Source: Lepidodermella squamata (lineage: Eukaryota; Animalia; Gastrotricha). Taken from it: DNA of 64,000 bases. The position numbers were made by a program, and so were the translations under genes. The notes under the pieces are model-generated. The model made no database searches, had not been told where the DNA came from, and was given only the letters and a program-made list of their open reading frames with translations. Where the stretch lies: positions 2,914,001 through 2,978,000 of the forward strand of contig JBLDXI010000029.1 of NCBI GenBank assembly GCA_047495785.1. The letters are read 5' to 3'. The first letter of the stretch is position 1, and each line of letters opens with the position of its first letter. This document shows, one piece after another, positions 12,607-23,877 of this stretch.

Positions 12607-13893
12607 ATGCTGAAAATATGCAAAAAGCAAAGATTTTTTGCATTAATCCTTTGGCTATGTTCCATTCTACTGTATTTCGTTTACCAATCATTTCTCCCAA
12701 GGGAGAACCGAGATAACTGCTTGAATATCCTTCACCCATGGCCGGACATCGAAATTATAGTGCCAGCTGGTTCGGCTGAGGAAAGCTTCGTCGAATACCG
12801 CGATTACTTCCTTCGGTCCTTGGCTATATTTTGGCCTAGGAACGCCCTTAAATTACGAATTTTGTCCGATTCTGAACGAGAAAATGCAAGCTATTACGCT
12901 GATGAGTTCGAGAAAACGACTCGCAAAGTTTTGGGGCAATCGATTGAGTTCAACCTTGACTTAGTCGGGCCGATAACTGGTCCTCGTGATTCTTATGGCT
13001 GGCATAAATCGCAGTGGATGAAGTTTTGGATCGACAACTTTACAAAATCAGAATTTATCGCGATGGTCGATACGGATGCAGTTTTCATATCGAGAGTCAC
13101 GCTTTACGACTTATTTCGTGATGGGAAACCGATTGTTAGACCGGTTTTTGGGAAACCAAAGGATGACTCGTTATACTGGCGAACCTCTCCTCTTAAAACA
13201 TATCAATTTAGCGGCTATAAAGGTTGTTTTAATTTCCAACGATTTTCAAACATTTTCATTTCATTTACAGAGCCCTTCACCTGCATGTCCTATTTCCCTG
13301 TGGTGCTGAAAACTGCTCATTTGAAAATATTTCGGGATCGAATGATCAAAGTGGGCCGGAGATTTCGAAATTTTTCGAGTTTTGACGAATTATTTCAACG
13401 GCTGATTGAACTCGATGATTACAGCGAGTTTAGCATTATGTGTGCAATCATGTGGAACGAGCTGCGAGATGAATATCATTGGATTATTGCCGAGGAGCAA
13501 CCTGGCTGGTCGGGCGTTATTCTAGGCCAAGTTTCTGGATTCAAAGAGGCTGGTATTGATCCGACTAAACATTTGGCCGTAGAACCTCATGTCACGGTCC
13601 ATTGGACGTACCAACACGAACAATTAGGCGATAATTTGACGTTGGTACTAAGAAGAGGAATTTGCTACTCGATGGCTGATTCTGAAGTCAATAGGCCTGA
13701 ATATTGTGATTCAGAATTTCCTCAACGAAATACCACGATTGATCCAGCTCAATTTCAGTTCGACTGGTCTGATTTCAGTGAAAGACCGGGTGCATTGGAT
13801 TCGCACCTACGTCGGATTAACTTTATCGATTCATGCCCACATACCTGGTTACGATCTGAGCTGGCAGCTTTGCAAACTAGATCCATTGAATGA
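12607..13893 (+). CDS. Type II membrane GT-A-fold glycosyltransferase-like protein, probably with a 48-nt in-frame intron at 13223-13270
   Basis: Short basic N-tail plus TM FFALILWLCSILLYFVY; DxD motif in FIAMVDTDAVF; gttgtt...tttacag segment looks like an intron. Confidence 0.75.
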   Translation: MLKICKKQRFFALILWLCSILLYFVYQSFLPRENRDNCLNILHPWPDIEIIVPAGSAEESFVEYRDYFLRSLAIFWPRNALKLRILSDSERENASYYADEFEKTTRKVLGQSIEFNLDLVGPITGPRDSYGWHKSQWMKFWIDNFTKSEFIAMVDTDAVFISRVTLYDLFRDGKPIVRPVFGKPKDDSLYWRTSPLKTYQFSGYKGCFNFQRFSNIFISFTEPFTCMSYFPVVLKTAHLKIFRDRMIKVGRRFRNFSSFDELFQRLIELDDYSEFSIMCAIMWNELRDEYHWIIAEEQPGWSGVILGQVSGFKEAGIDPTKHLAVEPHVTVHWTYQHEQLGDNLTLVLRRGICYSMADSEVNRPEYCDSEFPQRNTTIDPAQFQFDWSDFSERPGALDSHLRRINFIDSCPHTWLRSELAALQTRSIE

Positions 13894-14583
13894 CATGAAA
13901 TCCAGAAGTAGTAAGGATTAGAACTTTGGATCAGTAATAAATATATGATTTTCGAACCCCAGTTTTGCACGATTGATCTTCTAACAGCTTGAATGATTCA
14001 CGCACCGAGTGTTACATTGGGTATGTATAGCTTTACTACGCTATAATGTAGCAATGGGTGTAAGTTTCAGCTAGTTTTTTTAGAAAAAATACTCATGAAG
14101 TTTGTATAGACGTGAACGTTTGAAGCAATGTATAACGTCGTAAAATGCGTCGTGTGTATACAGTTTTATTAAAGATGAATCATAGCAAAAAAAGCCGCAA
14201 AAAATGGATGAAGAAGTATGTGAAACAGGGGTTGTCGAAAAATCCTTACTATTTCCATATTATTTTCGGTTTCTCGTTTATTACGTCGCCAGCTATAGTG
14301 ACCTTTATAGAATCATGAGTGTCTGATCATCAATGGATGTCCCGGAGATCTTTTTTGTGGCTCACACAGATTGAGCTGAATGCTGAATAAAACACGCCTC
14401 ATTTGACCGCGTTGCCTTGGGCACGATTTGACCACGATCTTTCACTTGCGGCAGAACTTCGTGTCGACGAGCGATGAGTCACCACGGCTTACACGTTGAT
14501 AAGAAAAGTTATCCACTTCTACACCTAACGAAGACTTGCTTATTTTTGTGAATTTTATTTTTAAACTGTTCATTGAACCTGAA

Positions 14584-15549
14584 ATGGCAAGTGAGCAACC
14601 ACGATGCCACGCTGGCTCAGAAGCCGAACCATTAGAACGTGGTTCGCCGTGGTCTGATCATGCGATTTGTCAAATTCCAGGCAGTAGATTTACCGCGACT
14701 GGTTTCATTGTTGTGATTGAACCCAAGACTTACCTCCTGACCAACTACCACGTAATCGGCTGCGATGGAGCGCCCATACTGCTTGGAAAGGGCAGCAAAT
14801 TTACCATCTCATTCCACCAACACCTTCTGGGACCTAACAAAGTGACAGTGAAAATCGGCAAGCATGGGCGATTCTTCTTTGGCTTACGCGAGCTCGATGT
14901 CACTGTCATCGAATTGGGCGAGAAAAAGTGGAAATTACTGCAAAGGCTGGGCATCACCCATTGCCCTTTGGCTCGCCCTGGAAGCCGGGCCGCCATTCCT
15001 ATTGTTAGCGCAGCCGTCGACGTGGTCGGCTATCCTTACATAAAACCTTCGCATGCGAGGTTGGTCAGTCGTATCTCTAGCGGAACAATCGGCGAAGTTG
15101 ATTATCCAACTGTTTTGTACACGGCGCAAACGCATGCGGGCTCATCTGGCGGCCCAGTCTACGTTGGCTCGGTCGTTGTCGGGGTCCATTGCGGCTACAA
15201 TGGCAATGTTGGTTACAACTTCGCGACGCTGTTCGAAGCAATCTGGGAGGGTGTGAGAAGGCCAATGAGGGAGAATCAAGAAAAAAGGGCCGCGCTGCTT
15301 AAAAAAATCCGCGAGGATCGCTTGCGGGCGATTGGAAGGGTTGGATTGGATTTGAGCGACATACCTTACTCGGAGTTCTCGTCTGTTCCCGGGTTGTATG
15401 CGGACGCTGATATCTCGCAGGATAATATGTCAATTGAGGACGCGGAACTCGATTCACCCGACTCGGGGTCAAGCTCAATCTCAGTGTGGGAGAAAACCAA
15501 GTCCGAAGCGTCCAACTCAAACTCGGGCTTCGACTGTCGAATAATGTAA
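14584..15549 (+). CDS. Leaderless trypsin-fold (Trypsin_2 / V8 / FAM111-like) serine protease, group A, C-terminal CaaX
   Basis: Triad motifs LTNYHVI, ELDVTVIEL, THAGSSGGPV, and VGVHCG; no signal peptide; ends DCRIM-stop; ATG at 14584. Confidence 0.85.
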   Translation: MASEQPRCHAGSEAEPLERGSPWSDHAICQIPGSRFTATGFIVVIEPKTYLLTNYHVIGCDGAPILLGKGSKFTISFHQHLLGPNKVTVKIGKHGRFFFGLRELDVTVIELGEKKWKLLQRLGITHCPLARPGSRAAIPIVSAAVDVVGYPYIKPSHARLVSRISSGTIGEVDYPTVLYTAQTHAGSSGGPVYVGSVVVGVHCGYNGNVGYNFATLFEAIWEGVRRPMRENQEKRAALLKKIREDRLRAIGRVGLDLSDIPYSEFSSVPGLYADADISQDNMSIEDAELDSPDSGSSSISVWEKTKSEASNSNSGFDCRIM

Positions 15550-15950
15550 AAAAACCTTTTGGGCCTGAAATTGGCCTGTTTCTCTATTCTCGGCCACTTG
15601 GATTCCTCCTCGGGATTCCTTCTCAGAAGTTGTGCAGCTTGGCTGCATGATTCGCGGCGCCAAAGCTATGCCGGTATGGTTTCGCCTTGGTGACGGCTGA
15701 CGGCTCAGTCACTGTTTATGGCTACGCATCTCTTCGTTTACGGCGGTCAAGCGTTGATAGGGGAAGTCTCTGGTCGACCCAACGTCGACAACTCGCTGGA
15801 TTTTGCAACATTTTTGAATGGCAACGATCCCGTGAATTCGAGCATTGCCGTGTCTCGGATCTGCATGTTTGTGATCTCCTGCGAAATATTTGGCTTCGCG
15901 ATTCTCGTACTTCATTTTTCGTTTCGGTTTTCAACGAAAATTGCCTTTGT

Positions 15951-16730
15951 CAAATGGCTCGACATCTTTCGACTTGAGCTTGTTATCTTTACCTCTTGAC
16001 CCGAGATCACAATTCAGCCCGGTTCTTTGGCGTTGTCCGTCCGTTGGATAGCGCGGTCGCATCGCAATTTTCCCAGACCGAAGAACGCGCTTCGCGATTT
16101 CCGTGGCTACCAAGCGGCCCTGGGAGGTGTTTGCGGATGGCTAAGAGTAAGGATGTGCAATCGGCGCATCGGCACAATGACTCAGAACAATATTGCGATT
16201 CTCATATGATAATAACTGATTAGTAAGTATTCACTTGTTCGACTTAGATTCGAATTGTAAATTTTAAGCCTTGGGAACTCCGCTTATCATGTTCGTTTCA
16301 TTCTCTCAATAAAGTAGAGTTATACACAACACTAATTTTTTTAAATGAAATACCGCATTTTTTTCCTATAATAGCCCACTCCCAAATTGGGTCGCCCATC
16401 TTGAGACGTCAATGTCAACAAATCGCCCGCGCCTCATTCTCGTGGCATAGTCGAAATTCAGAAATTCGACTCAACATAGTCCACGGCTTCTCAACGTCCT
16501 ATATCCCCGCCCTTATCGTTTGGTTTTTTGGTTTGATAAGGAATTTTGTAATTGAGATAATGTTATTTTTATCTCAGCTTGTAAATGTGCAAATTAACGA
16601 GACTGGAAGTTGAAGGCAAATTTTTATTGCTTCCGCAACGCAGATAAATCTGCAAAACTCTCAAGCGTAGGTGCCCAAATTTTGCTAATCAACGCCTGTT
16701 AAAGTCTTCCGTTACAATTGTACATCTTTA
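15951..16730. repeat. Segmental duplicate of ~22866-23680 (upstream region of the group B proteases)
   Basis: aatggctcgacatctttcga, agaacgcgcttcgcgatttccgtggctacc and tttttggtttgataaggaat occur in both places. Confidence 0.85.
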
Positions 16731-17927
16731 TGCTGCAAAATTGTCGTCAGCGCCGTGGAAGGCTTGTTTAATTTTTTTGTCATATTTACCGCCAACGACG
16801 CTGCACTTAATCCAAACTACTTTTTATATTTTTTTATTCAAACTAAATGTAAGCTAAGCATTCCGGCAAGACGCTTTCCACAATCACAAGTAGTTGAAGA
16901 AACGTGAGCATTAAGGCTCTGTAAGTTTTTCATCGTCACAGACTGCAGCATAATTCATTGCCATGAATCCGTCTATTATTATAGGTTTCCAATGATTAAA
17001 CATAAAAAATATTACAGGATTAATATGTATAGTTTATTCAACTTAATTTTACACCTTCAACTTCTTATCATTATCATTTTTTACTATGACTACATTAGTA
17101 TTCACTCAGTATTAGATGACTACTAACGCAGCTCATATTTTCGAATTCGATGGTAATCTGCCTCGTATTAAGAAAATGGACAGAACAACTTCCACACGTA
17201 AGTGTGTTCTATCTGTGAGCTTGAAAAAATTCCCATTAAAATTTCGATTTGCCTAGAAAAACGGGCTTTCCAACGGTAATAATCAAAGGTGGTCTGAAAT
17301 GTACCTGTTTTTATTATAAATAAAGGGAATCCATGCCTCAAAACGTACATTTGGGACCCTCTTATTCCCTGTCAACCTGAAAGCCGATTTTTCGAAAAAA
17401 TTTACCAGCACTAGTTGACGCCGTGGGGCCATTCTGAATTTTTTTTCGGAATTTCAAGAAAGCCTTAAAGTTCTGCACCGATTATGAATATGCTAATGAG
17501 GTTTTCAAAATTACCCCACAAGTGTCCAAAATTAAACAAATCATGCACCGTACTTGTAAAATCAAGGTTACGTTCGGAAAAATTACAGAATTTTGTAACC
17601 CTCATGCCCTGAAATTGCCATTTTTCCTGATTTTCTAGAGCAGAAAACCAATGTTTTGTCCGCATTCTTCTGCTGCAGCTTTGAACTATTCTTTTTTTGC
17701 ATGCAAAGAAAATCAAATAAATAGCTCGATTATGTAGTGCTTTTTTGAGTTCAGCCTCCGTACTCCCCCACCTCTCCCCATTCGAGTATTTTTTCTGTAA
17801 ATGTAGAAAGATTGAGTGCTTTGTGAAATGCAGTCTCCTCTGCATTTAAACTAATGCCAGTCTCCTCGTTTAGATTCTACAGTTTTGTTCAAAACCAGCA
17901 AAATTAAACTAAACGATTCAGGAGGAA

Positions 17928-19034
17928 ATGCAACCGCGATGCACCGCTGGATCAGAGCCTGAAATATTAAAACGTGATTCGCCGTACTCTATGCATGCGA
18001 GCGGACAAATAATTTTACCCGATGGATCTACTGCGACTGGTTTCATTGTTGTGACTTACGACAAGGCATGGCTCATGGCGAACTACCACGTAATCGGCGG
18101 CGGCGAAAAGGCCATGCCGCTTGAGAGGGGCAATAAATTCGCCATCGCCTTTCACCCACAACTTTTGGGACCTAACAGGACAACAGTGAAAATCGGCAGG
18201 CATGGCCGATTCTACTTCGGCTATCCCGACATCGATGCTACTGTCATCGAATTGGGGGAGAATTGGGAGAAACGACTGAATAAGCTGGGTGTTACCGATT
18301 GCCCATTGGCTCGCCCAGGAAGCCGGGCCGCCATTCCTAACGTGAACGCAGTTGTCGATGTGATCGGCTATCCTCGCGTGGAACCTTCGCGTGCGAGCTT
18401 CTTGTATTATCTACTAAAAATGTTCGGCTTTGGAAGCAGCTTTGTTATTACAGGCACAATTGTTGAAGTCCAGCATCCGTTCGTTTTTTACACGGGGCAA
18501 ACGGATGTCGGTTCCTCAGGCAGTCAACTCTCTGATGGTCAAGTTTCTGATGTTGTTGCCATTCATTCCGGCTATGTCGGCGAGAATACTGGCGTCAATC
18601 GTGCTACGCTAATTGAAGCAATCTTGGAACGTGTGAAAAAAGATATAAGGACGGCCGGGCGTAAAGATGCTACCTCCAAAGGCAGTCTAGTCTATGTTGG
18701 TCAGATTGCTGTCGGAATAATGGAACCTATCTTGAGCGAGATACCGAACTCGGAGTTTCAGGACGGTAACGGGAGATTCGAAGATGTTGATTTCTCACCG
18801 CAGTACAATCTTACGAATACTAACGAGCAGCAGGAGCAAAATCTTCAAAAATCGTCCGACTCAGAGTCAGACTTCGAATTTCGAATAAACCAGTGGTTCG
18901 CAAATACCCCTCCTCTGAGGCGCAAGAGTGGCGAAAGCAGGACCGGCCTCAAAGTCAGTCTATTTTTTGCTGGGTCGGTTGCGGTGGCGGGGTTGGTGGG
19001 GTTAGCGGGTGTGATTTTTTATAAACAAAACTAA
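17928..19034 (+). CDS. Leaderless trypsin-fold serine protease, group B, C-terminal tail anchor
   Basis: MANYHVI, DIDATVIEL, TDVGSSGSQL, VAIHSG; C-terminal TM LFFAGSVAVAGLVGLAGVIFY followed by KQN. Confidence 0.85.
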   Translation: MQPRCTAGSEPEILKRDSPYSMHASGQIILPDGSTATGFIVVTYDKAWLMANYHVIGGGEKAMPLERGNKFAIAFHPQLLGPNRTTVKIGRHGRFYFGYPDIDATVIELGENWEKRLNKLGVTDCPLARPGSRAAIPNVNAVVDVIGYPRVEPSRASFLYYLLKMFGFGSSFVITGTIVEVQHPFVFYTGQTDVGSSGSQLSDGQVSDVVAIHSGYVGENTGVNRATLIEAILERVKKDIRTAGRKDATSKGSLVYVGQIAVGIMEPILSEIPNSEFQDGNGRFEDVDFSPQYNLTNTNEQQEQNLQKSSDSESDFEFRINQWFANTPPLRRKSGESRTGLKVSLFFAGSVAVAGLVGLAGVIFYKQN

Positions 19035-19591
19035 TCAAGTGAAAGAGTTCGCCCGGCATGCAAATGTTGAGAAACTTGACTTGCAGAAGTCTACTCTGAT
19101 ATTATATAATTTGCTATCTGAATTGATATTTTTTATTCTGAGGCTATAGCACAAGTAAAAAGTCTATGTCTGAACGGAGCCGGCCGAGATTTACGAATCG
19201 CGGAGACGAATGGAGAGTAAATCGAGTACGGCAAGTTTCGCCGAGCCTTTAATTCGCGATCTTAACGCCCCGCTATCGGCCGATTCCTGTGCCCCTTCTC
19301 GGTTAAACGGTTGTTTTGCGATAAAAAATGTTTTGAGCTGACAGAAGCAGGTGGAATCAAGAAATTAATTTATCGCACTCCGTGGCAATATAGAAAAAGT
19401 ATAGCGTTACGCATTTTATTTTAAGGAAAAATAGACCGTCCACTTGGCTGATCAACATTATCGGCAAAAGATTCGCCGCGAAGGAAAAATTCGTATATAT
19501 TAATATCCATGAAGCAAAAGCAGATCAAAAGAATGAGTTATGATGTTCCAAAGTCAAACTAGAGAGTTTTCAGTGATCGCAACTGACACAG

Positions 19592-22307
19592 CTACATGCC
19601 CTCGTAGCATTTGAAAGGATCCGTAAACGGCGACGTTGCATCCGAAACCTGTTAAGGAGCAGAGGAGTTTTCAAATTTTAAAAGCGGAGAAGTGACCAAC
19701 CTCAGTCGGTTTGCATCCGAAATCTGCATGTCGGCAGTCTGCGAACGGCTTGCCTGGCGTGTTACGGTAGCAGCGGATGTATTTCTATGCGCAATGATTT
19801 ATCAACAATATTATCAGCATTAGCCCGATTGAAACGAACCCAATTGAGATCAGCTCGATGGTTACACGCTAGTAAATTACGGCCGAAGAAGGCGTAGGTG
19901 TTGAACATCTAAAGAAGTAGATTGCAGAATCTCGCCGAAATTTCCCAATTGTTCAACAAAAACTCACAATTTTACTCTCACCGGTGGCACAGCCTTGGTC
20001 GCCGGCGATACAACGAAAAGTCGAGCCTTTGACGCATTTCTTGACGTTCTACAAAAGAAACAGCGCTAATTTGGCTAGATTGGATTAGATTATTTTAACT
20101 CACGCCTTTACTGCAAGTGTCAATGAAGCGAGTTGTCCACTCCTTAAAAGGAGTTTCCCCAACCAAGCAGTACCGCCTGCACGCTTCGAACTGGCCAGTT
20201 ACCGAGTTGATGCAACGCGAAGCTAATTGAGCTATTGAGCAATTAAATTAAGAAAGGGGGATTCGATATAGAGTAAATTCAAAGTAAAATGACTCACTGC
20301 AGCTTTTAATTTTGTCGTAATTCTCGCAGTCGGTAATTCCACCGTTACTCCAGCATTTTAAAGAAGAAAAATAGAGATTGCGACATGCATTTCCAGAGGC
20401 ATTGAAATCGCCTCTCGGTATATACATGTAGCGCAGCCCGGAATCTTCGGACCAGCGCGAGCAGGTTGCACCAGTTGCAGTCTTGGAAATGAGCGATCCT
20501 TCATAGTCACTAGCCACTGGCGTGATTCGGCATTCCTTACTCAACTCGGTCGCTTTAACGCCGGGACAAGTTGCGAAGACAGTCACACGGCCGCGTTCGC
20601 CCGCTTCCGGGTACACTATGCCTGAGTAGAGCAAAGCTTGATTGTTGTTGGTTACAAAAACACGCCCATTCATATTAGCGACACTGCAAAATCTAAACGG
20701 TGGAAAAATTTATAGCCATTTCAAGGCTAATTTCTTCGCGCTTACATAAACCCGGGAACTCTGCTCTCGAGCCCCAAGCCTCTTATGAGGACGAAGTTCA
20801 TACAATTTACAGATCCTGAAAATAAAGTTATTAGACAGATATTCTCAGTTTAGCAGATTTGCCCACCATGATATTCCAGAAAGAGCCAAGTTGGAAAGGC
20901 GAAGATCAATCCACTCGTAACACCCTGAAAAAGGAAAGGAAACGTGCAGGAAATCGAAAAGGGAAATAATTTGCAAACCGTTGTTACACGCCAGGAGCAA
21001 CGAGTCGAATTCGTTGTGCCAACTTTGGGTGTTGATATGTCAACGGTAGTACAAGGCTCAACGTAGATTTCGCCGCCACAGCCGTTCGCTATATCAGTCG
21101 GGTATGGGATTTCGCAAAAATCGCCAGCAAGACCAACAGGGCAGAAGCATTTTGTACAGTTCACGCTCGGATTAGGGTAGCCACTATTTTGGCATGTGAT
21201 CGTTGGGTTCTTGCATGGATCAGTATCTAAATGAATACGTGTGATCAACAGCGTTTCTTCGCAGCCGCTTAAACTCACTGAAGCAGTTGTAGAGCGTGTT
21301 CAACTTCACCATGTCGAGCAGTGACAGGTGGCTAGACTGTCCCAAGCTTGTAACGTATCGCCGGTCGGGTGGGTACCTCTCGCCCACCTTCAGATCGCCC
21401 ACCATATTCATAATAGGATTGAAGAGCGACTCATAGTCAAACGGAGTCGAGCTGTAGTACGTTTGCGCCGTATTTACAGGGTAGCTATTCAGAAAAATGC
21501 AAAAATCAAAGTAGCTCAAATAAACCATGAATCAAACCTGTTCTCGGAGCCAGGGAAGGGTGTGAGATATTGATCACGATCTGGCCTTCTGAGCTCATAC
21601 GTCAACCCTAGGACGTAGCCAATTTTTCTAATCGCAAATTGAACCTGATTCGAAGCCAGCTGATTTTTGTTTCAAGTGTTAAATAGGAAACTAACCGCGA
21701 AGCTTGAATCTTGGATGCCGTAAGAATTCCCGATAGCAACGAGCTTTGCAGGATAATCAACGCTATGATAACCTTGGGAGTTCCTGATTGAAAAAGAGAC
21801 TCATTATGAATTTCCAAGCTGCAACACAGCAACTCACCCATATTGTAAGAAAATAATCGAGTTTGACGTATTCACGTTGATGGAAGGTCGCTCCTCGAAC
21901 CGCAAACAGGTGACTGATTCGAGTTGAGCTATTGCTTGCCTGATAACGGCAGTATCGACCTCGGCTGCCACGTGAATATTAACATCATAAACAAGGACAT
22001 TTCATGAGTCACTCGTCAACTCACACAAAGATGCATCGCGGCAATCTGATGGGACGCTGCAACTGCCGCGTTTCCAGGTGTTGTTATTTAATGCGTAAGG
22101 TATCGGCAACGGCCACGGTTTCGCCGGCGGTTGGCCCGGGACGAAGCCGTCATAAGAGTAAGGGTACATGGTCGTTGTTATTACGGTTGAGACGACGTCA
22201 CCGTTAAAAATGGCAAAGGTGACGTTTTCAGCTCTCTCTGAGAGTGAGGAGACAGGGTGGAGATAAGCGCAAGCCAACACAAGCGTAATAAGGCGCACTG
22301 CCATCAT
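19592..22307 (-). CDS. Secreted astacin-like pseudoprotease with EGF, CUB-like, kringle-like and Cys-rich C-terminal modules (multi-exon)
   Basis: Signal peptide; WPLPIPY; AIAQLESVTCLRF; zinc-motif equivalent RKIGYVLGLTYELRRPDRDQY; FDYES; LGQ..LSLLD..KLNTLYNC; CQNSGYPNP..C.CP.GL.G.FC; DYEG..SKTATGATCSRW..NACRN; stop TAG at 19592-19594. Confidence 0.82.
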
Positions 22308-23877
22308 TGATCAATGTGTGAAACCGCCAAATGTATAAAAGAAAATGAACTAGCAGAATTTTATTGATTGAATGGTAAAAATAACGAAGTATTTCGCGAT
22401 TTAATAACAAGAAAAGCATGCATTAGGAGCACAGCACGCGATTTAAATTAACCGTAAACCTTTCAATGAATCGGTTGTAATTTATTTATTTATTTATTTA
22501 TTCAATGAGCATTGATCCCGTTGTTGAGAGCTCGACTTGGAAAACTAGGTGCCAGTATCAAAAAAGTGTGCGGAGAGCCGTTAGATGTGTCTGTTCCGTT
22601 ACGTTATTGGTCAAAACAAAGTGAGATGAATGTAGTAGAAAATAATCAACAATAAAGTAAATGTCTATATATACAGTTATACAGCCTTAGTCAGTGTGCG
22701 ACGTAGGATCCGGGATCTGAGGCGTTTTCTACTTGTTTTCCAGCACCCAGCCGAAGGAACCAAAGGGTCCCCCTGTGGTTTTTCCAGCCTTCCTCTGGTA
22801 GGAGTCCCAGAGCTGGGGTGTCGACACCCCAGCACCCCTGTACTTTGCATCCTGGCCATAATCAAGAATGGCTCGACATCTTTCGATCTCAGCCGGTTAT
22901 CTTAACCTCTTGACCGGAGGTCACAATTCAGCCCAGTTCCGTAGCGTCGTCACTCCGTTGGACTCCGTTGCGGTCGCATCGCATTTTTTCGGACTGGAGA
23001 ACGCGCTTCGCGATTTCCGTGGCTACCGAGCGGCTCTGGGCTCTGGGATGTGTTTGCGGATATATGGCAAAGTGTAAGAATGTACCCGATGGCATCGGCG
23101 CAAAGACTATGAACAATATTTTGATTCTCATATGATAACTGATTGGTAAGTCTTCATTTGTTCGAGTTTTGTATCGCTAAATTTTGAGCCTTGAAATTCC
23201 ATTTATCAATGTCCGTTTCATTCTCTCAATAAAGAAGAATAGAGTTATACACAACACTAATTTTTTTTAAATGAAATCCCGCATTTGTTCCAATAACAGC
23301 CAAGTCGCAAATTGGGTCGCCCATCTTTAATAGTTGTCTATGTTGAGACGTCAATGTCGCCCATACCTCATTCTCGTGCCATAGTCGAAATTCAGACATT
23401 CGAGTCACCATGGTCCACGGCCTCACGCCTCCCGATATCCCCAGCCTTATCGCTTAGTCTTTTGGTTTGATAAGGAATCCTGTAATTTAAATAATGTTGT
23501 TTTATCTCAACCTATAAATATGCGAATAAACGAGACGTCGTAGTGGAAGTTGGTACAGAAGCAAGAACAAGATAAAGACATTTTTTATTGCACTAGCAGC
23601 GCAGATAAACCTTCAAACCTCTCAAACGGAGGTTCCCAAATTTTGCTAATCATCGTCCGTTCAAAGCTTCCATTACAATTTTAAAACTTTCCAGGAACAA
23701 GTTTTGAACTGATCGATTTTTTTTCATGCGAAAAATGCCAATAAAATACTAGCGCGAGGATGTAGTGTCCTTTTAGAAAGATTGTGAAATGCATGTCTTA
23801 ACAGTCTTCCCTGTATTCAAACTGATGTCTGCCTTCTCGTTTCGATTCTATAGTTTCATTCAAACCTGAAACAAGTA

